In this document: positions 54,899 to 54,905 of the stretch, one piece after another | Numbering within the stretch: position 1 is the first letter of the stretch | How the letters are laid out: each line of letters starts with the position of its first letter | Source of the DNA: a virus | Taxonomy: Duplodnaviria; Caudoviricetes | Length of the DNA stretch: 54,905 nucleotides | Reading direction: 5' to 3' (one strand) | Virus record (IMG/VR): IMGVR_UViG_3300035138_000057 | Span: 1-54,905 of that record | The notes under the pieces: generated by a model | What the model was told of the DNA's origin: nothing | The model's input: only the letters and a program-made list of their open reading frames with translations | Database searches by the model: none | Program-made: the position numbers and the translations under genes

Positions 54899-54905
54899 CT
54901 CGTCG
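54667..54905. repeat. Terminal direct repeat / circular overlap, copy 2
   Basis: Matches 1-239; falls inside a gene, so most likely an assembly overlap. Confidence 0.97.

Noticed and set aside
1-54905. Stop-codon reassignment, tRNA genes or an integration module
   Set aside because: Genes are intact under code 11 and use all three stops; no cloverleaf, integrase or att pair recognised by eye

Overview
The window is an essentially complete, circularly permuted ~54.67 kb GC-rich tailed phage genome (siphovirus-type). Bases 1-239 recur at 54667-54905 with one synonymous mismatch. The minus strand carries one late arm that crosses the window junction: TerS, TerL, portal-MuF fusion, prohead protease, HK97-fold capsid, neck, tail tube, tail chaperones, tape measure, distal tail, tail tip, three signal-peptide proteins, holin/spanin-like genes and an HTH-metallophosphoesterase. 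The plus strand (12.5-42.8 kb) carries replication and accessory genes: primase-VapE helicase, family A DNA polymerase, SNF2 helicase, Cas4-like exonuclease, VRR-NUC, ATP-dependent ligase, two dNMP kinases (one fused to a UDG-like domain), HD hydrolase, MazG-like protein, two radical SAM proteins, a Dam-like methylase, a DenV-like glycosylase, CspA, oligoribonuclease, mini-DnaJ, amidase and DUF932. I recognised no integrase, tRNA, CRISPR array or reverse transcriptase. The most unusual elements are the exported proteins inside the tail module, a nucleotide-modification toolkit lacking any recognisable known pathway core, and two classes of repeated promoters. All calls come from reading motifs by eye, with no database searches.
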